Positions 45,225-54,327 of a stretch of 64,000 nt of DNA are shown one piece after another. The position numbers and the translations under genes are program-made. The DNA is from a virus: the IMG/VR virus record IMGVR_UViG_3300006735_000022, positions 20,936-84,935 of that record; one strand, given 5' to 3'. The notes beneath the pieces were generated by a model. That model made no database searches. It saw only the letters and a program-made list of their open reading frames with translations, and was not told the origin of the DNA. Numbering within the stretch: the first letter of the stretch is position 1; every line of letters begins with the position of its first letter.

Positions 45225-46589
45225 ATGTCACCTTCTGTATATCAACCGTGGGATAAGTTGAAGACGTGCCTAGTAGGACGGTCTTATCCACCAGAGTTTT
45301 ATAGTTACATCAAAGACACCAAAGCACGTGCTGGGATGGAGACGATTGCTCAGGAAACTGAGGAAGACTACCAGAAACTGTGTGACAAACTGAAAGAACT
45401 GGGTGTCGATGTAATTAGAACTAATATTTCTGATGACTGGGAGAAGGATCATAACTGGGGATACCATGCCAAGTATCCATCCTCCATGTTGCCACGAGAT
45501 CACACTGCGGTCATCGGCAACACATTTTACATGCCGAATAGTGACTACCTGAAGAACGTAGACATCAGACAGATGATCTACAATATTGAAAGTGATTGTG
45601 ATGAGTCACACTTGAATGTTGATGAGCATGTCCTTGCTGACTTCCTGCTTGACCTGACTAAACCTGCACGTGGTGCTGGTGGTAACAGTGTAGTCAAAGA
45701 ACTACGTGACTTTTGGAAGGAAGATAATAAGGGGTATCCTATTGGTCAATTGTTGCTGGGTTTGGACATTGATGATCTAACAAGGTTATGTGAGAGTGCT
45801 GTAACTAATACAATTGGTAACCCACGTAGAGTCAACGTAGAATATAATGAGTTCCAAGATGCAGAGAAGTGGTTCAAGGAACAGGGTGGTAAGGTTGTTT
45901 ATAATCAGTATGTGAACACCGCTGCGACGATTCGCTGTGGTAGAGACTTGTATTTCTCACTCAATAACATCATGAATGTTGTGAATGAGAAGCACTTTAT
46001 GAAGAAGTGGGAGAAACTATTCCCTGAGTTTAGATGCCACCCACTCTACACTCCTGGTCATGGTGATGGATCATTGTGTGCAGTCAAACCTGGGTTCTTA
46101 GTTACCATTGCCCCACCCCAAAACTTCAAAGATACTTTCCCTGACTGGGACGTGTGTCACATCCCTGGTACAGGTTGGCAGCAAGTCGATGGGTTCTTGA
46201 AGATGAAGAACAAGAACAGAGGACGTTGGTGGGTGCCAGGTCAAGAAGAGAACAATGAACTGACTGATTTTGTTGAGACCTGGTTGAATGATTGGGTAAT
46301 TTATGTGGAGGAGACAGTCTTTGATGTCAACATGCTTGTGGTTGATGAGAAGAATGTCATCTGCAACAATTATAATAAGGAAGTCTTTGATTACTTTGAT
46401 AAGCATGGTGTGACAGGACATGTTGTCAACTTCAGACACAGATACTTCTGGGATGGTGGTCTGCACTGCATCACATCAGACTTGGACCGTGAGGGAGAGA
46501 TGGTTGACTACTTCCCTGAACGTGGTGACAAGGGTGGTGCTATCGCTGCTCCAACGGGACACAAACCTAGTTACAAACGAAATCACTGA
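45225..46589 (+). CDS. amidinotransferase (Gly/inosamine amidinotransferase family)
   Basis: WDKLKTCLVG, PRDH, GHGDG, FDVNML, WDGGLHCITSDL.R; TAAATA upstream. Confidence 0.8.
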   Translation: MSPSVYQPWDKLKTCLVGRSYPPEFYSYIKDTKARAGMETIAQETEEDYQKLCDKLKELGVDVIRTNISDDWEKDHNWGYHAKYPSSMLPRDHTAVIGNTFYMPNSDYLKNVDIRQMIYNIESDCDESHLNVDEHVLADFLLDLTKPARGAGGNSVVKELRDFWKEDNKGYPIGQLLLGLDIDDLTRLCESAVTNTIGNPRRVNVEYNEFQDAEKWFKEQGGKVVYNQYVNTAATIRCGRDLYFSLNNIMNVVNEKHFMKKWEKLFPEFRCHPLYTPGHGDGSLCAVKPGFLVTIAPPQNFKDTFPDWDVCHIPGTGWQQVDGFLKMKNKNRGRWWVPGQEENNELTDFVETWLNDWVIYVEETVFDVNMLVVDEKNVICNNYNKEVFDYFDKHGVTGHVVNFRHRYFWDGGLHCITSDLDREGEMVDYFPERGDKGGAIAAPTGHKPSYKRNH

Positions 46590-46605
46590 GTCATTTATCA
46601 GGAAC

Positions 46606-46650
46606 TGGAAAAAAAACTCGGGTAAATTTTTGACCTCTAAGTTTTTTTGT
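46606..46650 (+). repeat. dispersed A-tract repeat, copy 1
   Basis: TGGAAAAAAAACTCGG, shared with 53532 and 61505. Confidence 0.65.
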
Positions 46651-46709
46651 GATACACTTGGTAGTGAGGAATAATACTCACGTATACATAATGTGTCCGC
46701 AATAGGCAG

Positions 46710-47033
46710 ATGAAGTTCTTTTTCGCACTTCTTGCTACATTATTTCTTGCTGCACCAGCATGGGCAGTCGATGTGCAGATGGGTTCCAACGGGAACCTAG
46801 TCTTTGATCCCTCAGAGGTTACTATCTCTGCCGGGGAGTCAGTTCATTTCGTAAACAACATGCTTCCACCTCACAATGTAGTGGTAGAAGATCATCCAGA
46901 AATTTCTCACGAAGCATTGGCAATGATGCCTGGTGAAGAGTTTGATGTAACCTTTGCTGATGCTGGAGACTACACCTTCTGGTGTGGACCCCACAAAGGC
47001 GCAGGCATGATCGGCACAGTCCACGTTCAATAG
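46710..47033 (+). CDS. petE: plastocyanin
   Basis: Signal peptide; PPHNVV and CGPHKGAGM copper ligands. Confidence 0.95.
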   Translation: MKFFFALLATLFLAAPAWAVDVQMGSNGNLVFDPSEVTISAGESVHFVNNMLPPHNVVVEDHPEISHEALAMMPGEEFDVTFADAGDYTFWCGPHKGAGMIGTVHVQ

Positions 47034-47038
47034 TCTCC

Positions 47039-47329
47039 ATGTATAAAGTCACAATTCAAACCTCCGAAGGCGAAACTCAGACCATTGAGTGTGCCTCTGA
47101 CCAGTATATTCTCGATGCCATTGAAGAAGCAGGTGTTGACCTGCCCTATTCCTGTCGTGCTGGTGCCTGCTCCACCTGTGCTGGCAAGGTAGTAGAGGGA
47201 AAAGTAAATCAAGAGGATCAATCGTTCCTTGATGATGATCAGATTGAAGAAGGATTTCTCCTGACATGCGTTTCATATCCTGAAAGTGATGTCACTATTC
47301 TTACTGAGCAGGAGGAATACCTTTACTAA
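47039..47329 (+). CDS. petF: plant-type [2Fe-2S] ferredoxin
   Basis: [15 protein letters not shown]...LTCV. Confidence 0.96.
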   Translation: MYKVTIQTSEGETQTIECASDQYILDAIEEAGVDLPYSCRAGACSTCAGKVVEGKVNQEDQSFLDDDQIEEGFLLTCVSYPESDVTILTEQEEYLY

Positions 47330-47361
47330 ATACCTAAGATAACAGTCGTAACTCAATACAG

Positions 47362-47670
47362 ATGGCAGTTTCAAAGAATTGCACGTCTTTATCATCAACT
47401 GAACTCCAGTCGGAGATCAGGGTAGATGAGAAAGGACACGTTACCTTTGACGGCACAGGCAGTTCCCTGCCCGACTCCGAAGCAGATCATTCTCCTCAGT
47501 GGAGGTTCCGTGCGAGAGTATGGAAGCGTTTGGATCGTGCACAGCATGATGTGGACATGGACTACTATCGCAAGCAACAACTTGCTAAGAAGGAAGTTCA
47601 ACAGGATGTAGAGTTCATGGAAAGGGAGAAGGCCAAGACTGGTTCCTATCCTGAGCGTCCTTCTGAGTGA
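47362..47670 (+). CDS. hypothetical protein
   Basis: 102 aa, downstream of TAAATA near 47327. Confidence 0.55.
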   Translation: MAVSKNCTSLSSTELQSEIRVDEKGHVTFDGTGSSLPDSEADHSPQWRFRARVWKRLDRAQHDVDMDYYRKQQLAKKEVQQDVEFMEREKAKTGSYPERPSE

Positions 47671-47673
47671 TAT

Positions 47674-47702
47674 TTGACATGTGGACTCACTTATCCTATA
47701 AT
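47674..47702 (+). promoter_or_regulatory. consensus sigma70 early promoter
   Basis: TTGACA-N17-TATAAT. Confidence 0.85.
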
Positions 47703-47723
47703 ATTTGAGTCATCTAGATTATT

Positions 47724-47921
47724 ATGGAAAGGTATCAAGTAAAATCTCATTGGTACTATTGGTTCTGGAGCATAGCAACTGTCTCAGTTGTAGCAGGTCA
47801 ACTGTACGTTGGCACGGGTTATCGTCGCATGGCAGACAGCTTTGAGTCGGTAGCCCTTGCTATTGGGGAAATTCAGGTTGCTATTATTGTTGCTAAGAGT
47901 GATGCCCCCAAGTTTTATTGA
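47724..47921 (+). CDS. small membrane protein
   Basis: QVKSHWYYWFW..ATVSVVAGQLYVG.GY. Confidence 0.6.
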   Translation: MERYQVKSHWYYWFWSIATVSVVAGQLYVGTGYRRMADSFESVALAIGEIQVAIIVAKSDAPKFY

Positions 47922-48493
47922 TGTATATTTACACTGAAAACTGGAATCATTCACCTGACGTTATCAAATCGCTCAAAGAACGATACGATGATCCTTTCTT
48001 CTTGAAGGGAGAAAATACGATAGAGAATCGTAAGAATTGGGGACAACATTACACAGGATTTCATAAGAACCCAAACAATAAAGCACCCACTGTAGAAGGG
48101 AACTTTATTGACAAGGATCTTTTACAACTATACGTTCCCAAACTCAAAAAGATTCTCGGTGACATTGGATTGCCGATGGGCAAGACAATATACAGTTACA
48201 GTAGTATCTGGGGACAACTATACAAGTTAGACCTAGAAGCAGTGATTGATGTTCACAATCACTATGAGGACCCACGACAACTAATATCGTGGGTCCATTT
48301 TGTTGATGTTCCTGACACCAAACTTTTTTACTTCCAGGTGGGAGATAAAAAATATTATCCAGACTGTCAGAGAAGTGGCGACTTGATGCTTTACCCATCC
48401 TATGCCATGCATGGTGTAGATAAGATGACTGAGGGTAAAGATCGATTTGTTGTAGTTGGAAACATTGTAAAACTAAACCAAAATCGTTGGTAA
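47918..48493 (+). CDS. 2OG-Fe(II) oxygenase-like protein
   Basis: WGQLY, HNH, SWVHF, YPSY.MHGV, RFVVVGN. Confidence 0.7.
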   Translation: MMYIYTENWNHSPDVIKSLKERYDDPFFLKGENTIENRKNWGQHYTGFHKNPNNKAPTVEGNFIDKDLLQLYVPKLKKILGDIGLPMGKTIYSYSSIWGQLYKLDLEAVIDVHNHYEDPRQLISWVHFVDVPDTKLFYFQVGDKKYYPDCQRSGDLMLYPSYAMHGVDKMTEGKDRFVVVGNIVKLNQNRW

Positions 48494-48494
48494 A

Positions 48495-48731
48495 ATGCAA
48501 GCAGTTCTGTATTCAAAAGACAATTGTCAGTGGTGTGATAGAGTCAAGCAACTCTTTGCTGCTGTTGACATTGACTACCTAGAGTATAAACTTGGTAAAG
48601 ACTTTACTAAAGAACAGTTTTATCAGGAGTTTGAGGATGGTGCAACCTTCCCTCAGGTTTCTATTGACAACAAAGCGATTGGAGGATGCAAAGAAACCCT
48701 ACAACACCTCCAAAGTTTGGAGATGATCTGA
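48495..48731 (+). CDS. nrdC: glutaredoxin (T4 NrdC-like)
   Basis: CQWC, TFPQV, IGG. Confidence 0.88.
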   Translation: MQAVLYSKDNCQWCDRVKQLFAAVDIDYLEYKLGKDFTKEQFYQEFEDGATFPQVSIDNKAIGGCKETLQHLQSLEMI

Positions 48732-48844
48732 CTAATCGGGGGTCAATTCTGCTGTATAACAGGAGAAAACGACGCCCTAAACTCATACCTCTTTTCAAAA
48801 TATTTGGAAGGAGATATTCGCTACATATAGAAAGGGAGAATTAG
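48686..48844 (+). CDS. small basic hypothetical protein (52 aa, not in ORF track)
   Basis: MQRNPTTPPKFGDDLTNRGSILLYNRRKRRPKLIPLFKIFGRRYSLHIEREN fills the gap; start uncertain. Confidence 0.35.
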   Translation: MQRNPTTPPKFGDDLTNRGSILLYNRRKRRPKLIPLFKIFGRRYSLHIEREN

Positions 48845-48845
48845 C

Positions 48846-49076
48846 ATGACGCTTGATTCATCTACGATTTTTATCGCAATGGGTGCAGTGATCCTGGTTC
48901 AGACCATCGGTTTAGGACTAGTAATCGGTTACCTGGTTCGTGCCTACATCCACGATGTGACTCCCCAATATACTCACCCTGAGATGTTTGATGAGAATGG
49001 CAATCCAATTGCTGAGTCTCTAATCTCTTTCCGATTTGAAGGTGAGACACCATACCTCGATGAATTTGACGACTAA
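48846..49076 (+). CDS. membrane-anchored conserved hypothetical protein
   Basis: TM helix followed by HPEMFDENGN. Confidence 0.7.
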   Translation: MTLDSSTIFIAMGAVILVQTIGLGLVIGYLVRAYIHDVTPQYTHPEMFDENGNPIAESLISFRFEGETPYLDEFDD

Positions 49077-49078
49077 TC

Positions 49079-49528
49079 ATGGCAAAACTTCCTAACAATC
49101 CACTGATCTCCGAACTGTTCAAAGCAGTGCACGGTGCCAAGACTGTGGATAAAAAGGTTGAACTACTCGAACAATACAAACGGGATGACGTAAAGGCAAT
49201 CCTTATCTGGAACTTTGATAAGGGTATCAAGTCTGCCATCCCTGAGGGTGACGTTCCTTACAAGAGGAACGAATCACCTGCTGGTACTGATGGACACACC
49301 CGCCTGGTACATGAGTGGCGCTCACTGTATAACTTTATCCGTGGTGGTAACAATAAGATCTCTCAGATGCGTCGGGAGACCCTGCTGATTCAACTGTTGG
49401 AGTCACTCCATGCTGATGAAGCAGAGATCATTACCCTGGTCAAGGATAAGGAACTTCAGCAGAAGTATCGCATCACTCGTAGTGTTGTAGAAAAAGCATA
49501 CCCTGAGATTCACTGGCGTGACAAGTGA
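49079..49528 (+). CDS. conserved T4-like hypothetical protein
   Basis: LIWNFD..IKSAIPEGDVPY...RRETLLIQLLESLH. Confidence 0.75.
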   Translation: MAKLPNNPLISELFKAVHGAKTVDKKVELLEQYKRDDVKAILIWNFDKGIKSAIPEGDVPYKRNESPAGTDGHTRLVHEWRSLYNFIRGGNNKISQMRRETLLIQLLESLHADEAEIITLVKDKELQQKYRITRSVVEKAYPEIHWRDK

Positions 49529-50637
49529 AGTTCCTCATTGATCTAACAGATCATTGTAACTCCAAGTGTCCTTTGTGTGCTAGGCACAAGACATCCTACA
49601 ACGATGAGGTTGCGGTGCTTGCACCTGATCCATCCATGAACCTGTCAAAAATTTCACTGCAACAGTGGAAGACATGGTTTCCAAAAGAGACCCTTGAGAA
49701 GACAGAGTTGATCTACTTCCAAGGGTCTTTTGGTGAGCCCACATTATGTGATGATCTGCTTGAGATATATGCCTACACTCTGAAATCTAATCCCAACATT
49801 GTCTTCCAGATGAGTACCAATGGTGGCACTCGTGACGATGCATTCTGGGGAAGACTTGGTGCTCTCATGGGAGCATCACACAAGGATAGTTTTCTCATAT
49901 TTTCTATTGATGGACTAGAAGATACTCTGCAGCAGTACCGTGTCGGTGTGGACTACAAGAAGGTAATGCAGAGTGCTAAAGCATTCATCAAGGCAGGTGG
50001 TCCTGCTGTGTGGAGAATGCTAGTCTTCAAACACAACCAACATCAGATAAAAAGATGTAAGACTCTGAGTAAGTTGTGGAGGTTCAAAGATTTTCAACAC
50101 ACTCGTGTCAATGATATGTATGATGCTAGTGGTCGCGGCGATGGTAAGTTTACATATACCTACAGAAATAAACTACACACCCTGCAGGTAGCAGATGATC
50201 CCAACCATGTGTACCGTCCAGACCCTGTAGCAGAGGACTCAGAGGTCGTCTGTCGCTATGGGCATACCAAAGGCAGTCCTGGTCAACTGAGGATCGATAG
50301 TAGGGGTGTGGTCCATGCCTGTTGCTTCCACCAGTCACGTCTCAGGTTCTTCTACCCTGGATATTATATTGACAACAACCCTGATGCTCCTGCAGAGTTC
50401 CGTGACATCAACAACCCAAACAAAGGAGTGGGTGCGGAGTACATGCAACGTGTCTTCTGGGACAATGTGATCCCGTTGATTGAGGATCAAGGTGGCATCA
50501 AAACCATATCACTAGAGCATCATTCATTGCATGATGTATTACAGACTCCCTTTTTCCAGCACACTCTGGTAGAATCATGGAGTAGCAGACCCCACATTTG
50601 TGCTGACTACTGTGGAAAGAAAAGATGTATCAACTGA
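49525..50637 (+). CDS. radical SAM protein with C-terminal SPASM/twitch-like Cys domain
   Basis: CNSKCPLC, GEPT, STNG, FSIDG, C...ACC...CADYC. Confidence 0.85.
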   Translation: MKFLIDLTDHCNSKCPLCARHKTSYNDEVAVLAPDPSMNLSKISLQQWKTWFPKETLEKTELIYFQGSFGEPTLCDDLLEIYAYTLKSNPNIVFQMSTNGGTRDDAFWGRLGALMGASHKDSFLIFSIDGLEDTLQQYRVGVDYKKVMQSAKAFIKAGGPAVWRMLVFKHNQHQIKRCKTLSKLWRFKDFQHTRVNDMYDASGRGDGKFTYTYRNKLHTLQVADDPNHVYRPDPVAEDSEVVCRYGHTKGSPGQLRIDSRGVVHACCFHQSRLRFFYPGYYIDNNPDAPAEFRDINNPNKGVGAEYMQRVFWDNVIPLIEDQGGIKTISLEHHSLHDVLQTPFFQHTLVESWSSRPHICADYCGKKRCIN

Positions 50638-50671
50638 TACACTTTTATAATCCTACATAATATGGTATACT
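50627..50671 (+). promoter_or_regulatory. NtcA box plus extended -10
   Basis: GTA-TCAACTGA-TAC (GTA-N8-TAC, within the palindrome TGTATCA-ac-TGATACA) and TG-G-TATACT at 50663-50671. Confidence 0.6.
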
Positions 50672-50679
50672 AATACCTA

Positions 50680-50907
50680 CGTTCATCCAGAGCAATCTGG
50701 ACGCAAGTAAGTCGCGGAACGGAGCGTTCATCCCATGTTAGTAGAATCACTTCTATATGTCTCAGTAGCTTGTCAACAAGCCGAAGGCATTGTCCTTAGG
50801 ATGAGAGCAAACGAGAAACTCTCCGATGCTATCAAAGTTGAACTAGTAGAGACCATGAAGGAGGCAACTCCTGAATGTCCATGGGACGCAAACGACTAAA
50901 GGAACGG
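50680..50907 (+). ncRNA. tandem glutamine-riboswitch-like element (glnA/Downstream-peptide type)
   Basis: Two units of CGTTCA-stem-CGCAA...GAACG; unit 1 stem TCCAGA-GCAA-TCTGGA; unit 2 stem TCCCATG/CATGGGA; AGTCG/CGACT cross-pairing; upstream of a DUF4278 gene. Confidence 0.7.
50735..50899 (+). CDS. 54-aa ORF nested in riboswitch unit 2 (not in ORF track)
   Basis: MLVESLLYVSVACQQAEGIVLRMRANEKLSDAIKVELVETMKEATPECPWDAND. Confidence 0.55.
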   Translation: MLVESLLYVSVACQQAEGIVLRMRANEKLSDAIKVELVETMKEATPECPWDAND

Positions 50908-50940
50908 ACCTAAAAATCCAACTACTTTAGGAGTAAACTT

Positions 50941-51108
50941 ATGAACACCCTAAATCTGATTCGGAAGCAGATCCAAAAGGCATCTGCTGTTCACGACGCA
51001 CAGATTACTCACACTGCATACCGTGGTGTAGAGTATGACACACGTTGTGTAGAATCCAAAGAGACCCACGGTACTTTCTGCTATCGTGGTAAGACCTACG
51101 CTAAGTAG
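50941..51108 (+). CDS. DUF4278 'downstream peptide' protein (55 aa, not in ORF track)
   Basis: AGGAG SD; two YRG motifs (AYRGVEY, CYRGKTY). Confidence 0.75.
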   Translation: MNTLNLIRKQIQKASAVHDAQITHTAYRGVEYDTRCVESKETHGTFCYRGKTYAK

Positions 51109-51127
51109 GATTTACTCAACTCTATGG

Positions 51128-51167
51128 GGAGGGAAGGTTTGACACCTTCCCTTTTTTGTTTTATACT
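51128..51167 (+). terminator. terminator overlapping a sigma70 promoter
   Basis: AGGGAAGGT-ttgac-ACCTTCCCT-TTTTT hairpin; TTGACA(51139)-N17-TATACT(51162). Confidence 0.75.
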
Positions 51168-51173
51168 ATGCTT

Positions 51174-51326
51174 ATGGAACGAGACAAACTCAAAATAATC
51201 GTTTCCGATCTGGAAATGTTGCTCAGTGCTCTCAAAGCTGAGGTCTATTCGGACGTAGCATCTTACCGCTTCGACGAATGTGAACCTGTGGAACTTGACT
51301 ACGACGAAACTTACGAAGGTCCATGA
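51174..51326 (+). CDS. conserved small hypothetical protein (50 aa, not in ORF track)
   Basis: MERDKLKIIVSDLEMLLSALKAEVYSDV; ATGA-coupled to thyX. Confidence 0.65.
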   Translation: MERDKLKIIVSDLEMLLSALKAEVYSDVASYRFDECEPVELDYDETYEGP

Positions 51327-51970
51327 CTGTAAAACTTATCAGCATCACACCTGATTCTGAGCAGACGATGGCATACATTGCTCGCGTGAGCAATCCTGCT
51401 AATCAGGAGAACGAAAAGTATTCTGGTCTGCTAAAGTATTGCATCAAGCACAACCATTGGAGTGTGTTTGAGCAGGCAACAATGACCCTGGAGATCTCTA
51501 CGACCAGGGCAATCGCAGCTCAAATCCTGAGACATAGATCGTTCACATTCCAAGAGTTTTCTCAGAGATATGCTGACACAAAACTGCTGAAGGATAACAT
51601 CCCTCTGCCCAAGTTGCGGCGACAAGATACTAAGAACAGACAGAATAGTATTGATGACCTAGACCCTGAGGTTGTTGATAGATTGGAACGACAGATGCAG
51701 ACGTTGTTCTCATCTTCACAAGCACTGTACAATCAAATGATTGATGTTGGTGTGGCAAAGGAGTGTGCAAGAATGGTGCTCCCACTCTGTGTTCCCACAA
51801 AAATCTACATGACAGGCTCATGTAGGTCATGGATCCATTATATTGATCTGAGGTCTGCCCACGGCACTCAGAAGGAACACATGGATATTGCTGAGGCATG
51901 TAAGAATATCTTTATCGAACAGTTCCCTGCAGTGAGTGAGGCACTTGAATGGGTAGAATCTGCGGACTAA
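51323..51970 (+). CDS. thyX: flavin-dependent thymidylate synthase
   Basis: HWSVFE, QILRHRSFTFQEFSQRY, ARMVLP. Confidence 0.95.
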   Translation: MTVKLISITPDSEQTMAYIARVSNPANQENEKYSGLLKYCIKHNHWSVFEQATMTLEISTTRAIAAQILRHRSFTFQEFSQRYADTKLLKDNIPLPKLRRQDTKNRQNSIDDLDPEVVDRLERQMQTLFSSSQALYNQMIDVGVAKECARMVLPLCVPTKIYMTGSCRSWIHYIDLRSAHGTQKEHMDIAEACKNIFIEQFPAVSEALEWVESAD

Positions 51971-52941
51971 ATCTTTCTCACAATGGATCCCTCGCCATCC
52001 TTGAGGGTGGTGAGGTTGAATTTTATTTGGAGGAGGAACGTGTCAGTCGTGTCAAACGTGACAGATCTGCACGTACATTGGCAGCACAATACTTGGACGA
52101 TGATTTAGATGTAGTTACTATCTGTGATTGCTACACCACATATAATCTTGAGAAATATATTCTCAGGACTAAGCAGGCAAATGAGATCATTGATCTTGTA
52201 AAGTCAAGGGGACTAACTCTCAAGGACTATCGCCATCGGCATCATGAATGTCATGCTGCTAATGCATACTACAATTCAGGATTTACAGACGCTGCTGTCA
52301 TTGTCATGGATGGCAAAGGTTCTCTCCATAAACACAAGGACTTGAAGTTCTGTGAGACAGAGAGTATCTTTGATGTCAATGATGGTAAGTTTGAATCTGT
52401 ATTCAGGCATTACTCTACCTTCTGGAGTGAAGATGAGTCTAAGAAATTAGAGTCACCCTTCTGGGATGATGGTAATTTCTACAGTAATAGAACTAGCATC
52501 GGTCAGGCATACCGTAGGGTGTCACGATACTGTGGGTTTGATGAGACAGATGCTGGTAAGACCATGGGACTGGCATCATATGGTGCAGCACCTGTAGATC
52601 TTTTTGAGGAGGTCAATGGTCACAGTGTATGCTCAGAAGAATTGAGTCCTGAAGGTAACACTACATCATACACTGGACACCCGTATCACCCAGAGGATCT
52701 AGCATATAGGTTGCAAAAGTCTGCCGAGAATCATGCTCTGTATATGCTAGAGAAAGCATATGAATTGACGGGTAAGGAGAACTTTGTACTAACAGGTGGG
52801 TTCTTTCTCAACTGTATGTCAAACTATGAGCTACTCAAAACTGGCATAAATTTATATGTAGACCCACTTGCTTATGATGGTGGACTTGCCATCGGATCTG
52901 CACTTCTAGAACATTATGAGAACTCTTTTCCTCGGTCCTGA
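51949..52941 (+). CDS. carbamoyltransferase N-terminal (Kae1-like) module A
   Basis: SHNGS, EEERVSRVK, HHECHA, MDGKG, GKTMGLASYG, GGFFLNC..N, DGGLAIG. Confidence 0.85.
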   Translation: MGRICGLNLSHNGSLAILEGGEVEFYLEEERVSRVKRDRSARTLAAQYLDDDLDVVTICDCYTTYNLEKYILRTKQANEIIDLVKSRGLTLKDYRHRHHECHAANAYYNSGFTDAAVIVMDGKGSLHKHKDLKFCETESIFDVNDGKFESVFRHYSTFWSEDESKKLESPFWDDGNFYSNRTSIGQAYRRVSRYCGFDETDAGKTMGLASYGAAPVDLFEEVNGHSVCSEELSPEGNTTSYTGHPYHPEDLAYRLQKSAENHALYMLEKAYELTGKENFVLTGGFFLNCMSNYELLKTGINLYVDPLAYDGGLAIGSALLEHYENSFPRS

Positions 52942-53512
52942 ATACGATCTCTCCTTTGTAGAGGGTGATGATGTAACTTACGAAGACGTAGCAGAAATCA
53001 TTGCAGGTAAGCAGGTAGTAGCACTGTTTCAGGGTAGATCTGAGGCAGGACCCAGAGCACTGGGCAATAGGTCATTGCTCTATGACCCACGAGATCATGA
53101 AGCACAGCAGAAAGTAAACAAGATCAAGAGGCGTGAGGAGTGGAGACCATTTGCTGCCAGCATCATGCTTGAGCATGCAAATGATTGGTTTGACATGCAA
53201 GGACTCGATGAGTCACCGTTCATGATGTATGCCATGGATGTTCGCCCACCGGTGTGGCATAAGATTCCAGGGGTGATGCACGTTGATAAGACTTGTCGGA
53301 TTCAAACTGTTACTAAAGAACAGAATGAACATTACTACAACCTGATCGAAGCATTCTGGGACAGAACAGCAGTCCCCTTGCTCTTCAATACTTCTTTCAA
53401 CTTAGCAGGTGAACCACTAGTGGAGTCACCACAGGATGCATTCAAAACATTCTATGGTTCTGACATACCATACCTATACTTTCCAGAGGTAGGAAAGCTG
53501 GTGCGAAAATGA
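52916..53512 (+). CDS. carbamoyltransferase C-terminal (YrdC-like) module
   Basis: GRSEAGPRALGNRS, KRREEWRPFA, HVDKTCRIQTV, NTSFNLAGEP. Confidence 0.9.
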   Translation: MRTLFLGPEYDLSFVEGDDVTYEDVAEIIAGKQVVALFQGRSEAGPRALGNRSLLYDPRDHEAQQKVNKIKRREEWRPFAASIMLEHANDWFDMQGLDESPFMMYAMDVRPPVWHKIPGVMHVDKTCRIQTVTKEQNEHYYNLIEAFWDRTAVPLLFNTSFNLAGEPLVESPQDAFKTFYGSDIPYLYFPEVGKLVRK

Positions 53513-53570
53513 CTTTGCTATTACAAAAAAGTGGAAAAAAAACTCGGGCAAAAAATTTGCTCCTAGGGTT
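53503..53570 (+). repeat. dispersed A-tract repeat, copy 2
   Basis: GCGAAAATGACTTT..TACAAAAAAGTGGAAAAAAAACTCGGGCAAAAAAT. Confidence 0.7.
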
Positions 53571-54327
53571 GAACATATCCAACAATGGATCAGCATGTCT
53601 GTTGGAGAATGGAAAACCAGTGTTTTACTTGGAAGCAGAGCGTCTGTCATATAAAAAGCATGATTTTGACATCAGGTGGTTGCTTGACAAGTTACCTGAC
53701 TGTGACATCAAACACGTTGCAGTCTCTGATGCATACTGGAAGCGTGGTGATAAGCAAGTAGAAAATATCAAGATGCTTGCTGCTGTCAAGAGAAAATATC
53801 CTGGTTGTAGGTTCTATGACTACAGAAAGGACCATCACCTCACTCATGCTGCATGTGGTTTCTACAACTCAGGATTTGAGTCTGCCACTTGTATTGTTGT
53901 TGACTCTAATGGGTCAAAGACTTCTGCTGGACTTGAGATTGAGAGTATGTTCTTTGCACCTACCTGGGAGGTAATTCATAAGACCATGTTCTCTCCTGAT
54001 AATATTGGATTTGGTAGAAGATATGAGATGGCATCCTCTGCATATGGGTGGCATTATATGGATGCAGGTAAGGTCATGGGTAAGAGTGCATATGATTCTG
54101 AACCTGCAAAATCATTACAAAGAGAGTGGCAAGAAAGAGTTTTAGAATTAGTAAGCATGGCACCCACAGATGAGATTGTATTTGCAGGTGGATGTTTTCT
54201 AAACTGTGTTGCAAACTATAATACCCTCAAGAAATTTCCTAACAAAAAACTTTATGCTGAACCCTTAGCACATGATGGTGGCACCGCCATGGGTGCTGCT
54301 TATCTTGCATATCATGCCAACGATTGA
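53509..54327 (+). CDS. carbamoyltransferase N-terminal module B
   Basis: GLNISNNGS, EAERLS..K, HHLTHA, GKVMG, GGCFLNCVAN, DGGTAMG. Confidence 0.82.
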   Translation: MTLLLQKSGKKTRAKNLLLGLNISNNGSACLLENGKPVFYLEAERLSYKKHDFDIRWLLDKLPDCDIKHVAVSDAYWKRGDKQVENIKMLAAVKRKYPGCRFYDYRKDHHLTHAACGFYNSGFESATCIVVDSNGSKTSAGLEIESMFFAPTWEVIHKTMFSPDNIGFGRRYEMASSAYGWHYMDAGKVMGKSAYDSEPAKSLQREWQERVLELVSMAPTDEIVFAGGCFLNCVANYNTLKKFPNKKLYAEPLAHDGGTAMGAAYLAYHAND

